Positions 26,066 to 39,899 of a stretch of 64,000 nucleotides of DNA are shown here, one piece after another. Numbering within the stretch: the stretch's first letter is position 1; every line of letters begins with the position of its first letter. The DNA lies in contig NW_025963802.1 of the NCBI RefSeq assembly GCF_023055435.1, positions 26,226,001 through 26,290,000 of the forward strand. Direction: 5' to 3'. The notes under the pieces were generated by a model. It ran no database searches. It worked only from the letters and a program-made list of their open reading frames with translations, and was not told the DNA's origin. The position numbers were made by a program, and so were the translations under genes. The stretch comes from Haliotis rufescens. Taxonomy: Eukaryota.

Positions 26066-26370
26066 GACGTCACACGTGGTCGACCTACGTGGTCTATTTG
26101 GTCATCTCTTATGACAAGCTTTGGTCACCGAGCTTGACCACCCGACATATTTGGTCATCTCTTATGACAAGCATTGGTCACCGAGCCTGGCCATCCGATC
26201 TATTTGGTCATCTCTTATGACAAGCTTTGGTCACCGAGCGTGACCACCCGACATATTTGGTCATCTCTTATGACAAGCATTGGTCACCGAGCCTGGCCAT
26301 CCGATCTATTTGGTCATCTCTTATGACAAGCTTTGGTTGCTGGGAACCTATTCCCTCCAGGAATCTCCAC
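26066..26370. repeat. 52-bp tandem repeat (alternating A/B dimers) derived from the SINE-like repeat
   Basis: About 5 copies of TATTTGGTCATCTCTTATGACAAGC[T/A]TTGGTCACCGAGC..GACCACCCGA. Confidence 0.85.
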
Positions 26371-27652
26371 TCGGGAAAATCGATATATTGTTCGATGATT
26401 AAATTGGGAACTAAGGGATAAACTAAGGTGATATATTTTTCAAATGAAAGGAACAGTGGAACGTTCATATTCAAAATGACGAGAAAAAGAGTGTTGTTTA
26501 AAACCGCTGGCTGTTTGGCAAAGAAGTCCTTTTTGGCAAGTCTGTAAGTCGACAAGATAAGAGAACTGAATTGCGCAGTAGTGTCAGGAAGTGCACAACT
26601 TCATAAGTATATATACTGCCCAGGCGGATTGGGATAAGTGTACACGGAGGCATGTCAAGAGTCTGGGGCAGGCTGTCACTGACATGAAGTCTGAACAACG
26701 CTCCATGCTATCTGGGTACTTAGACACATAATCAACTCGTAACTCAAAGATTCTGACCACGGTCCCCATTTTAGGATGCGATTGAGTTGGAAAGTCATGT
26801 GTGCCGGACACCACTTTGGCACTTTGGTTTAGTGATGATAAACCTAGGATTAAATCAGTGTGACACTGGAATCATTGCACGACTAAGGGACGCAACCCAT
26901 CAGAGGGCATCGCGGAGCATTAGCTCACTAGGTCCACTGGGGACCTAACTGCGCTGCACATTCGGGTGTTCATTTGTGACGAGTTGTAAATTTCTACTTG
27001 TATTACCAGTAATGTCCTTTAACAGTCAATTAGGATCTGACTGTTATTTTCAGAGACCATTATTGGTAAAGGGTATCTGGTATTTTAAAAGATTGTGTCG
27101 GGAATATAGCAAAGCTTACTGAATGTATATTAAACAACCGATAAACACGCATTTTCCTTCAAGGCAAACTCCAAACATATCTGTCTGTTGCATACCAGGC
27201 GCGACAGGGAACAAAACAAGAGACCAACTCAGAGATATAGTTAACGATACAAATGAAACATACGTAGGGGTTTCTTGACGATACTCTGTTCTTAATGTTT
27301 TTGTCCTCAACGCCAACAGAAGTGCCTCGGTACTATACACACTTGCAGTACCCGGTAACACTACATTATGCAAAACATCCGGCGCTCGTGTATAATCAAT
27401 TCTCCTCCCCTGATGTAGCAGTTTGCACAGTAGGGCATCGGTCACCTGCCTCAGTCAGTGCCATCGATAAGCATAATAAGGGAACAATAAGTAGTCTAAG
27501 TTGAAATGCCAAATTGAGGTTCATTCGGGTTGCATGTATCAATATTCTTCATGACGGACCCTTGTGAGCATTTTTGTCAAATGTCGTACATAATCTTTTC
27601 AAGATATACTTTTAAGTTGGGAAGCTGTGAGGCCTTGGGTAGTTCAACAATC

Positions 27653-27717
<65 letters not shown>
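27653..27717. repeat. (AGT)n microsatellite, ~21 units
   Basis: Perfect trinucleotide run. Confidence 0.99.
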
Positions 27718-28659
27718 AATGTTGGACCATCCACTAAGAACAATAACTCAGCTTTGGCGAAATGCTTAGCGAAATGCTTATGCGGGTCAAGAAAACAGTA
27801 GTTAGGTAATGATCTACTCCACCCATAACATATATGATAAACTGCTATCATAAGTTTAATTCAGTTGATGTGCCTAAATACTACATTCACTAATATGGAT
27901 AAGATGTTTGCACCGGCCTTCACAAGCTCCGTCAGAGGGCAAATTACATATTAACGTGGAAAGTGAATATCACTTGTCCGCAAACCATTTACCTTTGAAG
28001 ATAGCTAAATCTCTCCTTGGGAAGTTTAGTTTTTAAAGAGTTATGAGTCTGAAACACGAAGGGGTGGAGTTGGCTGCAATGTATATTTGTTACTTACTGC
28101 TTTGTAAAAAAAAGCTACAAAAGAACATTATTTATAACATTTTTAAATGATTCTCTCCATGCAGGTCCTTGTACAAATTTTGCACGGCCCTCCCCGAAAA
28201 GACAAAATGAAAAAGTACTTTATATTTTATTATAAAATGTTCATAAACATGCCAGTAAATCCCATACATCCCTTCAAATACAATCCCACTTCAATGAACC
28301 CACCGCCAGGTTAATCCTATGTCTGGTGGTAGTCAGATTATCTCGCTTATTAGAAAAATCATTTCTAATTCTTTATCATAAAATATGACATAATCATCGA
28401 TCATGATCTGATATTCTAATGATCCAAGGTTGAGTTTAGTTGGCGCACTTTTCCATTTGTCCTGCCAAACTTTCATGAAACAAATCATATCGACATTCAG
28501 GGTATGTTCCGAATGACTGCGATACACGGCAAATGCAAGCTCCTCACAGCGAGAGCCTGTTCGTGTAGGGTAACGAAGGCGTCATGCGCTGGGAAGAAGC
28601 TTGCTTCCGAATGCAAGCTTGTTCCGAATGCATCAAGGGTAGGTTACTCGCAAGAATCT

Positions 28660-28690
28660 ACCAGATGGCGCTTATTTCAAAATGGCGTCT
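28660..28690 (+). promoter_or_regulatory. YY1-like motifs at the THOC3 start
   Basis: AGATGGCG and AAAATGGCG, the second overlapping the ATG; this motif is common at housekeeping-gene starts. Confidence 0.35.
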
Positions 28691-28858
28691 CAAATGGAGA
28701 GCATGCTGAAACATTTTCAAAACAATAACAGAATACGCGATATACAAGCCCATTCGGCCAAAGTTCACTCAGTAGCATGGAGTTGTGACGGCCGGAAGTT
28801 AGCATCGGGATCTTTTGACAAGACAGTCAGTACTTATTCACTGGATCGCGATAGATTG
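28682..28858 (+). CDS. THOC3: THO complex subunit 3, exon 1
   Basis: AHSAKVHSVAWSCDGRKLASGSFDKTVS matches THOC3; donor TTG|GTGAGA, phase 0. Confidence 0.96.
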
Positions 28859-29247
28859 GTGAGAAAACCCTACAATCTATTCCCCTGGTAGACAATTAAT
28901 TAGTAGGGGCCCATTAGACCTATTCTAAACAAACACGTTCTGTTCTCCTATAACTTTTCATCAAACATGAAAAAAAACCATGTAAATACAGAGAAAACAA
29001 ACATATTTTATACCCGTTTTTTCTTGTCACAAAATTGGCAGGTTATAAATGATGATTTGATGTAAGCACATCTTGTCAAAACAAAAACCAGTAATTGTAC
29101 AGGTCTACTGTGTGGTATACATTGATATATATTGTAAACACTTTCACTCAGTAGTGTGTATTTTAAAAGAGTTCACCAATTAGTTGTGTCGTTTTATTTT
29201 GTGAGATATTCACCAATTACTTGTCTTATATGAGATGCGTCCCTTAA

Positions 29248-32200
29248 CCGCTCAGTGCCGCACTGTGATGACGTCGCTGTTTCTAAAACGTATACATTGT
29301 ATCAAAAGTGTTACTACGTCTTTATTTCTTAACACAGTGTAACCAAATTGTATAACATGCAACTCGAGTTGATTGTCTTTCCATCAGTATCTAAAGTCAC
29401 CAAATCCAAAAGATCTATGCACTGCCTCACCATCGATAAAAGTGCTGGTATTATAAGTGTCCTACTTTTCTACATTAATCGTAATATCGAAGCACCCGAA
29501 TATGGCAAGCAAAGTTAAGTAAGCGCCCTTGTTTGAAATCTAAATGTCCAGTAATTCATGTCATGGCAAGTACATGTCCTAACAGTGATAGACATATTAC
29601 ATTTATCATTTATTATGTTCAAGTACACATTCACTGAGAATTTTCCGTGAGTTATATTTACCGATAAAAGATCCCAATGAAATTGTGAGTGTTTTTGACG
29701 TCAAAACAAAATTGACTGAAGTGGTCGTGATTAATTCATATGCAGACTGTTTCAAAGATTATGTCACAATACAAATGACAGTTTGGAAAGTATATCTTGA
29801 AGAAATTCTGGTTACGGCCATGTATGTTTCAGTGACCATGCTCTTTTATTACTTCGGGGTAATTGACATCATACATTTTCAAAGGACAAAATGTGAAAGA
29901 TCGCTAAACAGCCCTAACAATACTCAAATTGACATCGCTCAATATCAGACATCATTATCATTTCTTAATGGTTAACAAGATACTAACGTAATACCACCCA
30001 AGAGTAAGTACATGTAGATTCAATCAAACTTGTTAAAACTTTTCCATGGACTGCAAATCTATTCAACAAACCTATTTTCGATCACTCACAACTCAGGCGC
30101 CATATGTCATTGTTTCACTATGACCACCAGAAATCATAGATCCTCGTCTCAGCTAGTATTTCGCACTTGGCTGCCTTACTTAGACCTTTGCTCAAAATAT
30201 ACTTGTATGGCCAGTCTATGAAATACCACATTTTCTTTCATATTGATTTATAAATAAATACCTAGCTAGGTATGTACATGTACATTTAAGGACATATACG
30301 TGATAGTTTATTTCTAGTAGTTTCCCATTCCATCCCATTCTACTAAAGGGAAAGTTTGAAATATATAATGATAGTAGGTCAATGAAAGTAAAGGAATTAT
30401 TTGTCATAAACGGAAAAATATATTCTTGGTATTGAACAGCAAAATCTTTAATCTAAATGGTTTTCAGTTATTATGTCTTTCCTATTTCTTTCTTAAATTT
30501 TGGCCTAGCTAAACTACAGCTTGGAGGGAAGATATACAAATTAAAATGATGAAAAAAGAACCACAAGAATGCTTTGATTTTGCTCTTTGACAAATATTTA
30601 TTTTATAAAATCTATTTCATACTAAGGATACAAAACAAAGTAATTACTACTATGTCACTGATCGAAGTATTTGGTAATTTATATAATGCAGAGTGAAAAA
30701 GGACTTAAATAAAATTATATAAAACATCAAAATGAAGTCATAGTTACACTGAAAACATTTTGTCTTTCAGAAATCGATTATCTATATATTGTGAGTAGAT
30801 CTAATTACTTTTACTGTTGATGTTATAAATTGAACCATTCGAGATTCTAATAGATGAAGCTAAAATATTAAAAATATAGGTTGTTTAATATTGGATCCAT
30901 TTTGACAGCTTTCTCACTGTAAAAAAATACATTCCCTTACTCCACTAAATGCACATTATTTTTTGGGAATATCCAGCCTTCAAACAGATATGAAAAGCAC
31001 ATGTCAACATACCAAAATTAGAAAACTACGCCAAATATTCTAACACTGTTAGTCAAATGATAGGCAGTCTCATTCACTTGTCGGTTGCCGTGGACATTTT
31101 CCAATCGTGATCTACTAGATATGCTTTCTATTTCAGTCAAAGAGAATATTGTTATTTGGAAAATGAAACCACATGTATCCATTATACAACCACAACATTA
31201 GATCAGCTGTTTCATGTGACATCACAACATGTGAGGTCAAATTACGTGCAACTGTCCAGACGACAAATTCACAGCGGCGGGAAATGACCGACCGTCTACA
31301 AGCCTATTCGAATAAAATTGTAGATTGTAACGACATAAAATTAAGTTTACTCATTGCTGACATTTCAGATGACATATCATATAAGAGTTGAAGACTTGAA
31401 ATAGATTATCATACGTTAATCGAGAGTACAGTGTACATCAATTATTTGTAAATCCAATATTAATATTAGATCTAATATCCATGGCAGAATGTTGGAAATA
31501 CGAGCTGATAATATATTCCATTTTCTGAAGAGATTAGTAATGTGTATTTGATGATGCATACACAATTGGTTATCAGTTATCTTGTACAATCACAGCATGT
31601 ACCATGTACATTAGTCTCATGGAAAATACTATTTCAGCAAACCAATCACAGCACCATTATCACAGTTTCAATGAAAGGAAAAACAAATTGCAATCGAACT
31701 TAACAGCACAGCATATCCATAAGCGGTTAATACAACAGATACAAATAGATATTGCTGTCATTATTGTAGAAGTTATGTTGATGTCTTCAGTAGTTGCATT
31801 ATGTTTGTATTGCATGTACCATCGACAGAAACGGGGGCCGAGCTACCACATGTGGAACCGACCGTGACACAATTTGTTTACAATATGGCGTCGACTCACG
31901 TTAGATGTCGTGGCCACATATTTTAAATCTCCATTTGCGACAAAATGTGAAACAGGCAAGGGCAAGTCACTCACACGGTCAGGTAGTTTGAGCAATCACA
32001 CATGACTTTTAGTCATTTCATATGAAAAAAGTAGCAGTTAGTTATTTGTCTGAACAGGCGAGCATGTAGCTCAACCGGTAGACAAGAAATCACGGCACAG
32101 ATATGATGCGAACGTGCCCTATCGATTACTTCGGGTTTGGCCATTCAATGTTTAGGTTTTGATCATGAACTTCCTGCCCATAAATATACACTATACCACC

Positions 32201-33252
32201 TTAATATTAACGATTATAGCTATCTTTCCATATCTTTGATTTGAATATTTTCTGTAAATCAGCATCATAAACAGAAAGACAATCTGTGCTGTCGTTTCAT
32301 CTCTAGCGCCGTGCTAAATTGCCATGACACACAGCAGATAAACATATGCAATACTTGAACAAAAAACTTCCGTGGCCGACTAAATGTTAGTACTCTTACG
32401 CCAATAACTGTACAGTGGGGACAAGTAAATCTTTCTGACCTGTCCGATCAGATTTCTTGTTCAAATTGGCTGTCTGATATAATAATAGTTACGTGTATGT
32501 GACATGGGTGCATAATAAAAAAGTGCCTTCATTGGTATGAAGTTCAACATGGCAGAAAAAGATCGAGAAGGGCGATAACCACTTTACTAATCTCGCCATA
32601 ATTCACAATCCGTAGCACTGCATAAAATATGAGTGACACGATATTAACGATGAGATGATAAGGGTGATGATGGTTATAATTTCATTCAATGAACATCATA
32701 AATGTAATGGAAATATACACTGTCGTTTTCTCATGTGTACCGACCATTCCGCCATTACTGATAGTCGATAAAAATATACAAAACGTGTAAATAAAACTTG
32801 TTCGTAAAGGAGTGAACAGAAATTTATTTACGAGAATAAGTATACAGTTGTGAGAAACATGTCTTTCTGACCACTCTGGTCATATTATTTCTTATGAACA
32901 AGGATTTTGTCTGAAAATATTTACGTGTATGTGACATGGGTGCATAATAAAAAATCGACGTCATTCGCATGGTGTTCAAACATGGCAGAGAAAGGCCGAG
33001 GAGCGTGGTAGCCACTTTATTAATCTCTCCATATTTCGCAAACCGTAGCATTGTATAAAGTATGAGTTGCACGATGTTAAAGCTAAGATGACTGGGGTGA
33101 TGATGGTTATAATTTTGACTTTGTGCCCACAGTGTTTGATATCTAAATTCATGGTTTAAAAGGGGCATTTTCTCGGGACAATATATGGTCCCTTGGCACT
33201 ATGCGGGTGTGAAAAGTGAGGGACCATATATGGTCCCGTGGCACCAAGAGGG
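29248..33252. mobile_element. Possible ~4-kb non-autonomous piggyBac-like element (TTAA flanks)
   Basis: TTAA|CCGCTCAGTGCC at the left and GGCACCAAGAGGG|TTAA at the right. The sub-terminal palindrome GGGACCATATATGGTCCC occurs twice near the right end. Pairing of the two ends is imperfect. Confidence 0.45.
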
Positions 33253-33291
33253 TTAAAGGGGTACTGATCTAAAGCAATTCCCCGGGACTGG

Positions 33292-33836
33292 CATCTTCCC
33301 AAGGCAAGGGAGTTAGCTGACTGTAAAAGTCAAGTTAATAGTTTCGACCCTTGCCGAACTAGGCTGGAATTCTGGAGATACATTTTGGCTGGACTTACGA
33401 GTCTATGCATAGTCCAATCAAAATCATGCAATGAACTATACATCCGTTTCGTAAACAACATGGATTTCAACGTGCAGATATTGATCGTCTGCAGGATTTG
33501 CAAAATATGTTCACTGTCAACTGGGATTCCACAGATATTTTCCAAATCTTTTCATGTTTATAATCAAGGTGCTCAAATGATTTGATGCACTTCGTGAGGT
33601 AAGAGCCGTTTAAATACAATACAGATCTTGATTATTGATCAGATCATCTTGACTGGTCACCGCCATTTTGTTGGAAGCAAATGCAAGTGATATGAGAGAT
33701 GTAATCTGATTGGTCAATAGAAGGTATATCAAAGGGACATAACCCGTAATGGCCACTGGTGGCGCTACAATGGAGCCACGAAATTCCAGGAACCTGAACT
33801 TTTGTAATCAGTTAACACCCTTGCCTCCGGAAGATG
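33292..33836 (+). mobile_element. MITE with CATCTTCC TIRs and a 9-bp TSD, copy 2 (more diverged)
   Basis: TIR CATCTTCC..GGAAGATG; TSD CGGGACTGG at 33283-33291 and 33837-33845. Confidence 0.9.
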
Positions 33837-36721
33837 CGGGACTGGTTGTTGCCTTTGTTATTGTTTTTTTAGACTAGTTCGCGACCTGTTTCTTGCCATT
33901 CGTAAGCACATTTATCACTTTTATTGATAGTATAAGGGCATATGGTCACATTGATCAACACATGAAAATACAGTTTTGGAAATGGTAAGGAAATGTAGGT
34001 ATCTTTGTGGGTAGATAGTTTTGATAAGTCACTTGCTTGGTAATTGTGTGATTTTCGTTTACACTATTTTGACTTGCAACACAAAGTAAATATTTCACCT
34101 AAGTATTGCTTATTTTAAGGTGTTATATCTTTACAGTCAAATGTGCAAAGTTTTCACTTAGGATATTTATTAAACGCATAAATATTCAGTTATTTTACAA
34201 ATTGACTGCAATATATGTCCATCTGTATCATTAAGATAACAAATTCCAAACATTTTGATGTTTAATATCATCACCAAGAGACTGAAAATGTTAGGATTAA
34301 AAATACATTTCTATTTTGTTTGGCTTCTAATCCTAGCATATTGTGGTGTTTTAAAGCCCTTTTGACAGTCTAAATCATTTTTAGTCAATCTGTAAAATAT
34401 ATGGACAGATTATTCAGTCAAAATGACTGAAATATTTAAACATTTTATAAATTGCCTGAGAGAATCACATTTTACAAATTGACTGTAATATATACACGCT
34501 TACAAAGGAAAAGACTTGTGAAAACAACATCTATCATGCATCGAAGAATTTCAAAACCAAGACGTAGAGGAAAAAAAATGAATCTGTTCTATAGCAAATG
34601 AAAGAAAACAAAATGCAAATATCAAAATTACAAAACACCAAATTTATATGTATAATTTTAGGCAGCTTCCTTGTTCGAGGAATGTATCTGTGAAAATCCA
34701 CACAAAGGAACAATATCCCACACATCTGCAGCTGTTCAAAGAAACTTATTCGATGTCACGTGTCTCTGTAACAATCAAATATTTTAAAATATATATATAG
34801 TTTTGGGATATTATAACCCGTGTTCGTTTCAGGTGTTTCACATATGTGTCAAAGTCTCTAAGGTCAGCTGAGAAAGTCCACAAGACAACTATTTTCATAA
34901 TGTCCACGGTTCTTCATTGACTTAGATAACAATGAGCAAGCAATCAACGTATTATTGGTTAACCCTTTGAACAAAGTATGTTGTTTTTACATCTGCATTA
35001 TATGAGTGTATTCCCTTTGCTTTTGTAAACCTAGACATGTAAACACTTACTTTTGACATATCCACTGTGCAAGATATCAGTGATTAATCAATCAACATAT
35101 TTTCTGTTGATCCTTTGATGGATATGAATGATCCGTTGATTTACAAAAAAGTAAATCAACTGATCATTCATCTCTTGCTGGGCTGCCACGTGTATATTAC
35201 ATAACACACATTTCGCCTCACTTCAAACCTGGATTTAGATTGAATAATTACCCCAGACAGAAGAAATGCCAAATGGGAACCTTTGTCAGGTAATCTGGGT
35301 GGTGCCACCACTAATTATACCTGTAATAAGTTCATTAACTGAGCATCGAGTGAATGACGACAAATACACAAGTTTAGGGTTATACCAGAAAAAATGGATG
35401 ACAACAAAGAAGTACTAACCGTATTATCCACACAATCCAAAATCCGATAATGCTTTCACTGCACGGATACTTTTTATTTATTATTGAACTATAACCATCA
35501 GGGGTATTTCCAAATGACGACATCCGATGAGCTGCTGCTGTTCTTTTTTTCTATTTGTTTAGGCTAAAGAAATTAATTAACATGCGCCCTTTGTCAAAAT
35601 CTTTATAGATCCAGTCCCTTTGTCACACTCAGTTGCGTTAGCGAACAAATCGACTCACGGCAGCTAGTGAGCCCCAGCAGCCAGTGTCAGACAGCCAAGA
35701 AAAAGCTAGAGATTAGTGCCCCTTTAATCTCCTATTGTCTTACCCATCACCGCGCTTGGGTGAACGTGTACCCATAACAATAGGTGTGGGATAAGTAGGA
35801 GGACCCCAAATAAACCAACTGGCAGACTGGGCTAATCATTGAAATTGTGCAACACGCAAGCAGCGGGAACCCATTTTAACCTTGATACTGTTTTGGGGTC
35901 GATTTCGCGTGTCTCTTTTTACCGTCCTTTTTACACTATTTCCCATTTTCAAATTTACTTTTGGTCAAGCATTTATGATTAAGTATGCACTAAAGTATTA
36001 AAACCTGCAAAGTTGCTTGACTTTACTTGCCCTTTAAGAAAAACAATCTCTGCCAGCAGGGCCCTGTATAAACTACCAGTAATTTGCTTGGAACTCCACA
36101 TTTACATGAACCCAGTATATGTGCAACAGACTTTCATTATGTAACAGATATGCACAATATGTCAATTGTGCATTTACAACAGCAAAGATGTTGAAATGTA
36201 ATTCTTAATAGCTACTAAGATGAAACCGTGATTTGAAAAGTTTTGGTCCAGATCAGTCAAAGGTCAAGGATGTGACATAATCAAGCCAGAAGCGCATATG
36301 ACTGTCTACTGTGAAAAGCTAGGGGTATGGGATGCTTTTAAGTATTACTGCTCTTACAACATGTTTCCCAAAACCTGAAGTGACATCATCAGACCAGACG
36401 TGTGTCTTATTAACAGATTTAGTAGAACATGTAGAGACATGGAACTTTTGTATTTAAAGATGCACTAATTTTGGCATGTTGTCCCCTTGCAGGGGTAACA
36501 TCCACTAGGTCAGAAATTTGTTTTGGTTCCTTATTATCATGATTAATTTAGACCAGCTGGAGGCAGGGTATCTGTCTGTAGTCGGAACATGTTTCCTGAA
36601 ACTGGAAGTAGTGATGCTGAAATTACCTTTATGATGATTATGATGTATAATAATAATAATTTTGAATTGATAAGTTGTTTTACCATGACTACATTTCTCC
36701 TATTTATCTTGTTTTCTACAG

Positions 36722-36878
36722 AGTAAGGATCACATATTCCGTGGCCATGGTGACAGTGTTGATCAATTGTGTTGGCATCCACGCAATTCAGACCTCCTTG
36801 TCACAGCTAGTGGGGACAAGACTGTTCGCATCTGGGACACTCGCTCCAGCAAGTCAGCAGCTACAATTAACACAAAGG
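36722..36878 (+). CDS. THOC3: THOC3 exon 2
   Basis: RGHGDSVDQLCWHP..LVTASGDKTVRIWD; TTTTCTACAG acceptor, GTAAGC donor. Confidence 0.97.
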
Positions 36879-37864
36879 GTAAGCTGTTATTTAGAGAAAG
36901 TGTTACAACTGTAATGTGTTAGGCCTATATTGTTGGTTGACCTTATCCAGTGCCGTAGCCAGTTGCCCCCCCTGGATTTTTTATAGAAAACACTTTTCCT
37001 TGTAAAAGTTAACTTGAATAAAAAATTAATAATCTTATTTGCCCCCCTGTAAAAAAAAGTTAACTACAGCCTTGTTATCCAATAGCAGACTCAGTTATAT
37101 ATAAAGAATTCTGACCCCATCTTCAAGGTCACAGCAGGCAAATCTGCTTATGGAGTTGGAAAATGGTGTTGCCGCAATATCTCAAGAACTAATCGCTGGA
37201 TTGTCTTCATATTTGGTACTGTGGTGTATATACAGGAGGGGGACATTTTGTCACTTTGTGACAAATACTTGTTGTAAATAATAAATAGTTTGAAACCAAA
37301 TTTATATCAAAACCTGCTTTGAAGTTTCCATATTTCATTCATAACCCTGAAGGAATAATGTATATTTGGGAGTGCACTTGCTTTATTTTCATCTTACTTG
37401 CTTGAATTATTAAGAGCTTCATAACAAATAATTACAACAATCTGCAGCAAACTGGTATGAGACTTTGAGACAATCCACCAAGTTACCTGATTCATTTGGT
37501 GGACTTTTTATGAGATTCCTGTTTACCTATTCTAACCCAGAATCCCTACAGGTCAAATTGTAATGAAACTTGGTATGGGTAGTTAGTAGTGAGACTCAAC
37601 ATATGTTTCATTCCTTTTTGCAATATTTATATTTTTGTAAGAGTTTGGGCTGAACAAGTTAGACTTTTCAAAGTGGCCTTCACAGCAGTCATATTGAAGA
37701 AGCTATTCATTTCCATTAATGAGCAGTTTTTTTTACAAAATATAAGTTTTCTATGACTCACCATTCCATTCAGGTTCATTTCATTTGTTGTTGTGTTGTG
37801 TATATTTCTTCTAATGATGACATATTTTCTTGAAATCATTTGATTTAAGTGTCATGGTGCAGTG

Positions 37865-38400
37865 CCAGGCGTCTGTCCATCATTAACTTTTCAACATTTC
37901 CTCTAGAACCACAAAACATTTTGAGCTGAAACTTTGTATGAATAATCCCAGCTATGGAATCTCTAAAATGTGCTGAATGAATTATAATCTGATTTTAGAC
38001 TTGTGGCCATCTTGAAAATGTAATATTTGGCCTTAATTCGGATATGTTTGTACAAAATGCAATGAAATTTGGTATTTGATTTGTATAACATGGTATACAG
38101 CGGGACTATTTTACATTTGGCCCTTTTTTATTACTACGTTCTTGTATTCTCTCAAAATGTGTATTTTGCCCTGTAAACGTCTTTTCTGAAATGGGGGAGC
38201 TGAGCTTTGGCATGTCTGTTTCTACTAATGATGAGATCATATTATGTTAAGGTGTTAGTTTTTTAGTTCTCAGTACTTATGTATTTACATTGGAAATATT
38301 TAATATCATTGTTGATAGCAACAGTTAAGTGACTATCTTTATTGATATTTGAAACTGTTGACTATGTATGCAGGTGAGCTACAGTGCTGTGGCACTATGT
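37865..38400 (+). mobile_element. Decayed Helentron-associated (HINE-like) element
   Basis: GCGTCTGTCC microsatellite remnant, GAAACTT/GAAATTTGG body, and a 3' CAGGTGAGC followed by an AGTGC..GCACT stem-loop. Confidence 0.45.
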
Positions 38401-38515
38401 CATGTACAGGATGCCATGATATAGCTGCAGTAGTGCTGTGCTGTTAAACAACATTCACCTACTATGATGAGTAAGGCATTATAGACAGCTTCTCACTGCC
38501 TGCTGTTTGTTTTAG

Positions 38516-38720
38516 GTGAGAATATCAACATCTGCTGGTCTCCAGATGGAAGCACTATTGCTGTGGGCAACAAGGAAGATCTGGTCACATTCATTGATGC
38601 AAAGACTCATAGATCAAGGGCTGATGAACAATTCAAATTTGAAGTAAATGAAATATCTTGGAACAACGATGGTGATCTCTTCTTCCTGACAAGTGGTCAA
38701 GGCAGCATACACATCCTCAG
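38516..38720 (+). CDS. THOC3: THOC3 exon 3
   Basis: GENINICWSPDG..VGNKEDLVTFIDAKTHRS..QFKFEVNEISWNN; TTTTAG acceptor, GTAACA donor. Confidence 0.97.
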
Positions 38721-38800
38721 GTAACAGGATGACCAGGCCCAATTAGCACCAAAAGAAATTGTCATTGTAGTTATGGATGATTAAATGGTCACTGAACACG

Positions 38801-39312
38801 CATCTTCCAGAGGGAAGAGAGTTAACTGACTATATAAGTTCAATTTCCACCCTTGCCGAACTAGGTTGGTGTTATGGAGTTACATTTTGCTGGACTAACG
38901 AGTCTATGCATAGTCCAATCAAAATCGCGCACCGAAATCGAAATCCGGTTCGTAAACTGTCGTGCAGATTTCGGTCGATTGCAAGATTTGCAAAGCATGT
39001 GCATCGCCAACTCGTTGTCAGCAGATATTTTCCAAGTCTTTTCATGTTTTTGATGAAGGTGCTCATGTGATTTGATGCACTTCGCGATGTAAGACCCGTT
39101 TTATCACAATATAGGCGCCACTATTTTGTTTGCTACAAATGCAAGTGATATGAGAGGTTGAATCTGATTGGTCCATAGGAGAGGCTTAGAAGGGACATAA
39201 CTCGTAAAAACAACCGGTGGCACTATGATCGAGCCAAGGAATTCCAGCCTAGTTCGGCAAGGGTGGAAACTGGACTTTTAAAGTTTAAAGTTAACTCCCT
39301 TAACTTAAGATG
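38801..39312 (+). mobile_element. MITE with CATCTTCC TIRs and a 9-bp TSD, copy 3
   Basis: TSD CTGAACACG at 38792-38800 and 39313-39321; the internal sequence is close to the reverse complement of copy 1. Confidence 0.9.
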
Positions 39313-39899
39313 CTGAACACGCTGAAGCAAGATAACACTAATGAAACCATGGTTCTTCGTGTATGTGTGTGTTACATTTGTTTGACTTCAGAATTTCAGA
39401 GAAAAACAACTTTTCTCACGGCCAACTCAAATATATATAATACAAATAAATTCAAGTACTGGAAATAAGCAGCCCCATGAAACAGGACTGCTTTAAGGTT
39501 TCGGTGGAATTAGACCACCATTGCAGGTGATGTTTCTATTGTTTACTGCACAAAGATTATTGACATTAGAGATTAATCTTCCATAGACTTCTTCGAAAAG
39601 GCTTCAGAGAATTGTTTGGGCTATGTCATAAAAATTTCAAATGTCAAGGTCATAAGAAAGTTGTAGTTACATTTTCTCATAAAGTATTAATGCAGTTAAA
39701 GTTGGTTTATGCCTTCTCTAGAAGGGGGCCCTGCTTAGGTTTTGGTCAAGGTTAGCCTTAAGAGTTTTGTAGACATGGTTACATCCATGTCAGTTTGTGT
39801 GGCATGCTTACCTCAACAGGCATGGAATAGTTACATGTTATATGTCCCATCAATTGCATTTTAAAATAACTGAGAAAACTAATTTTTGAACTTATCATC

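Noticed and set aside
27530-27851. Poly-Ser and poly-Tyr ORFs
   Set aside because: Translations of the (AGT)n microsatellite.
36948-37075. Short hAT-like MITE (CAGTGCCGTAG..CTACAGCCTTG)
   Set aside because: The TIR and TSD are too degenerate to call with confidence.
24394-39070. Near-identical small ORFs (WTNESMHSPIKIAHRNRNP..) as duplicated genes
   Set aside because: They are chance translations of the interior of the 9-bp-TSD MITE copies.
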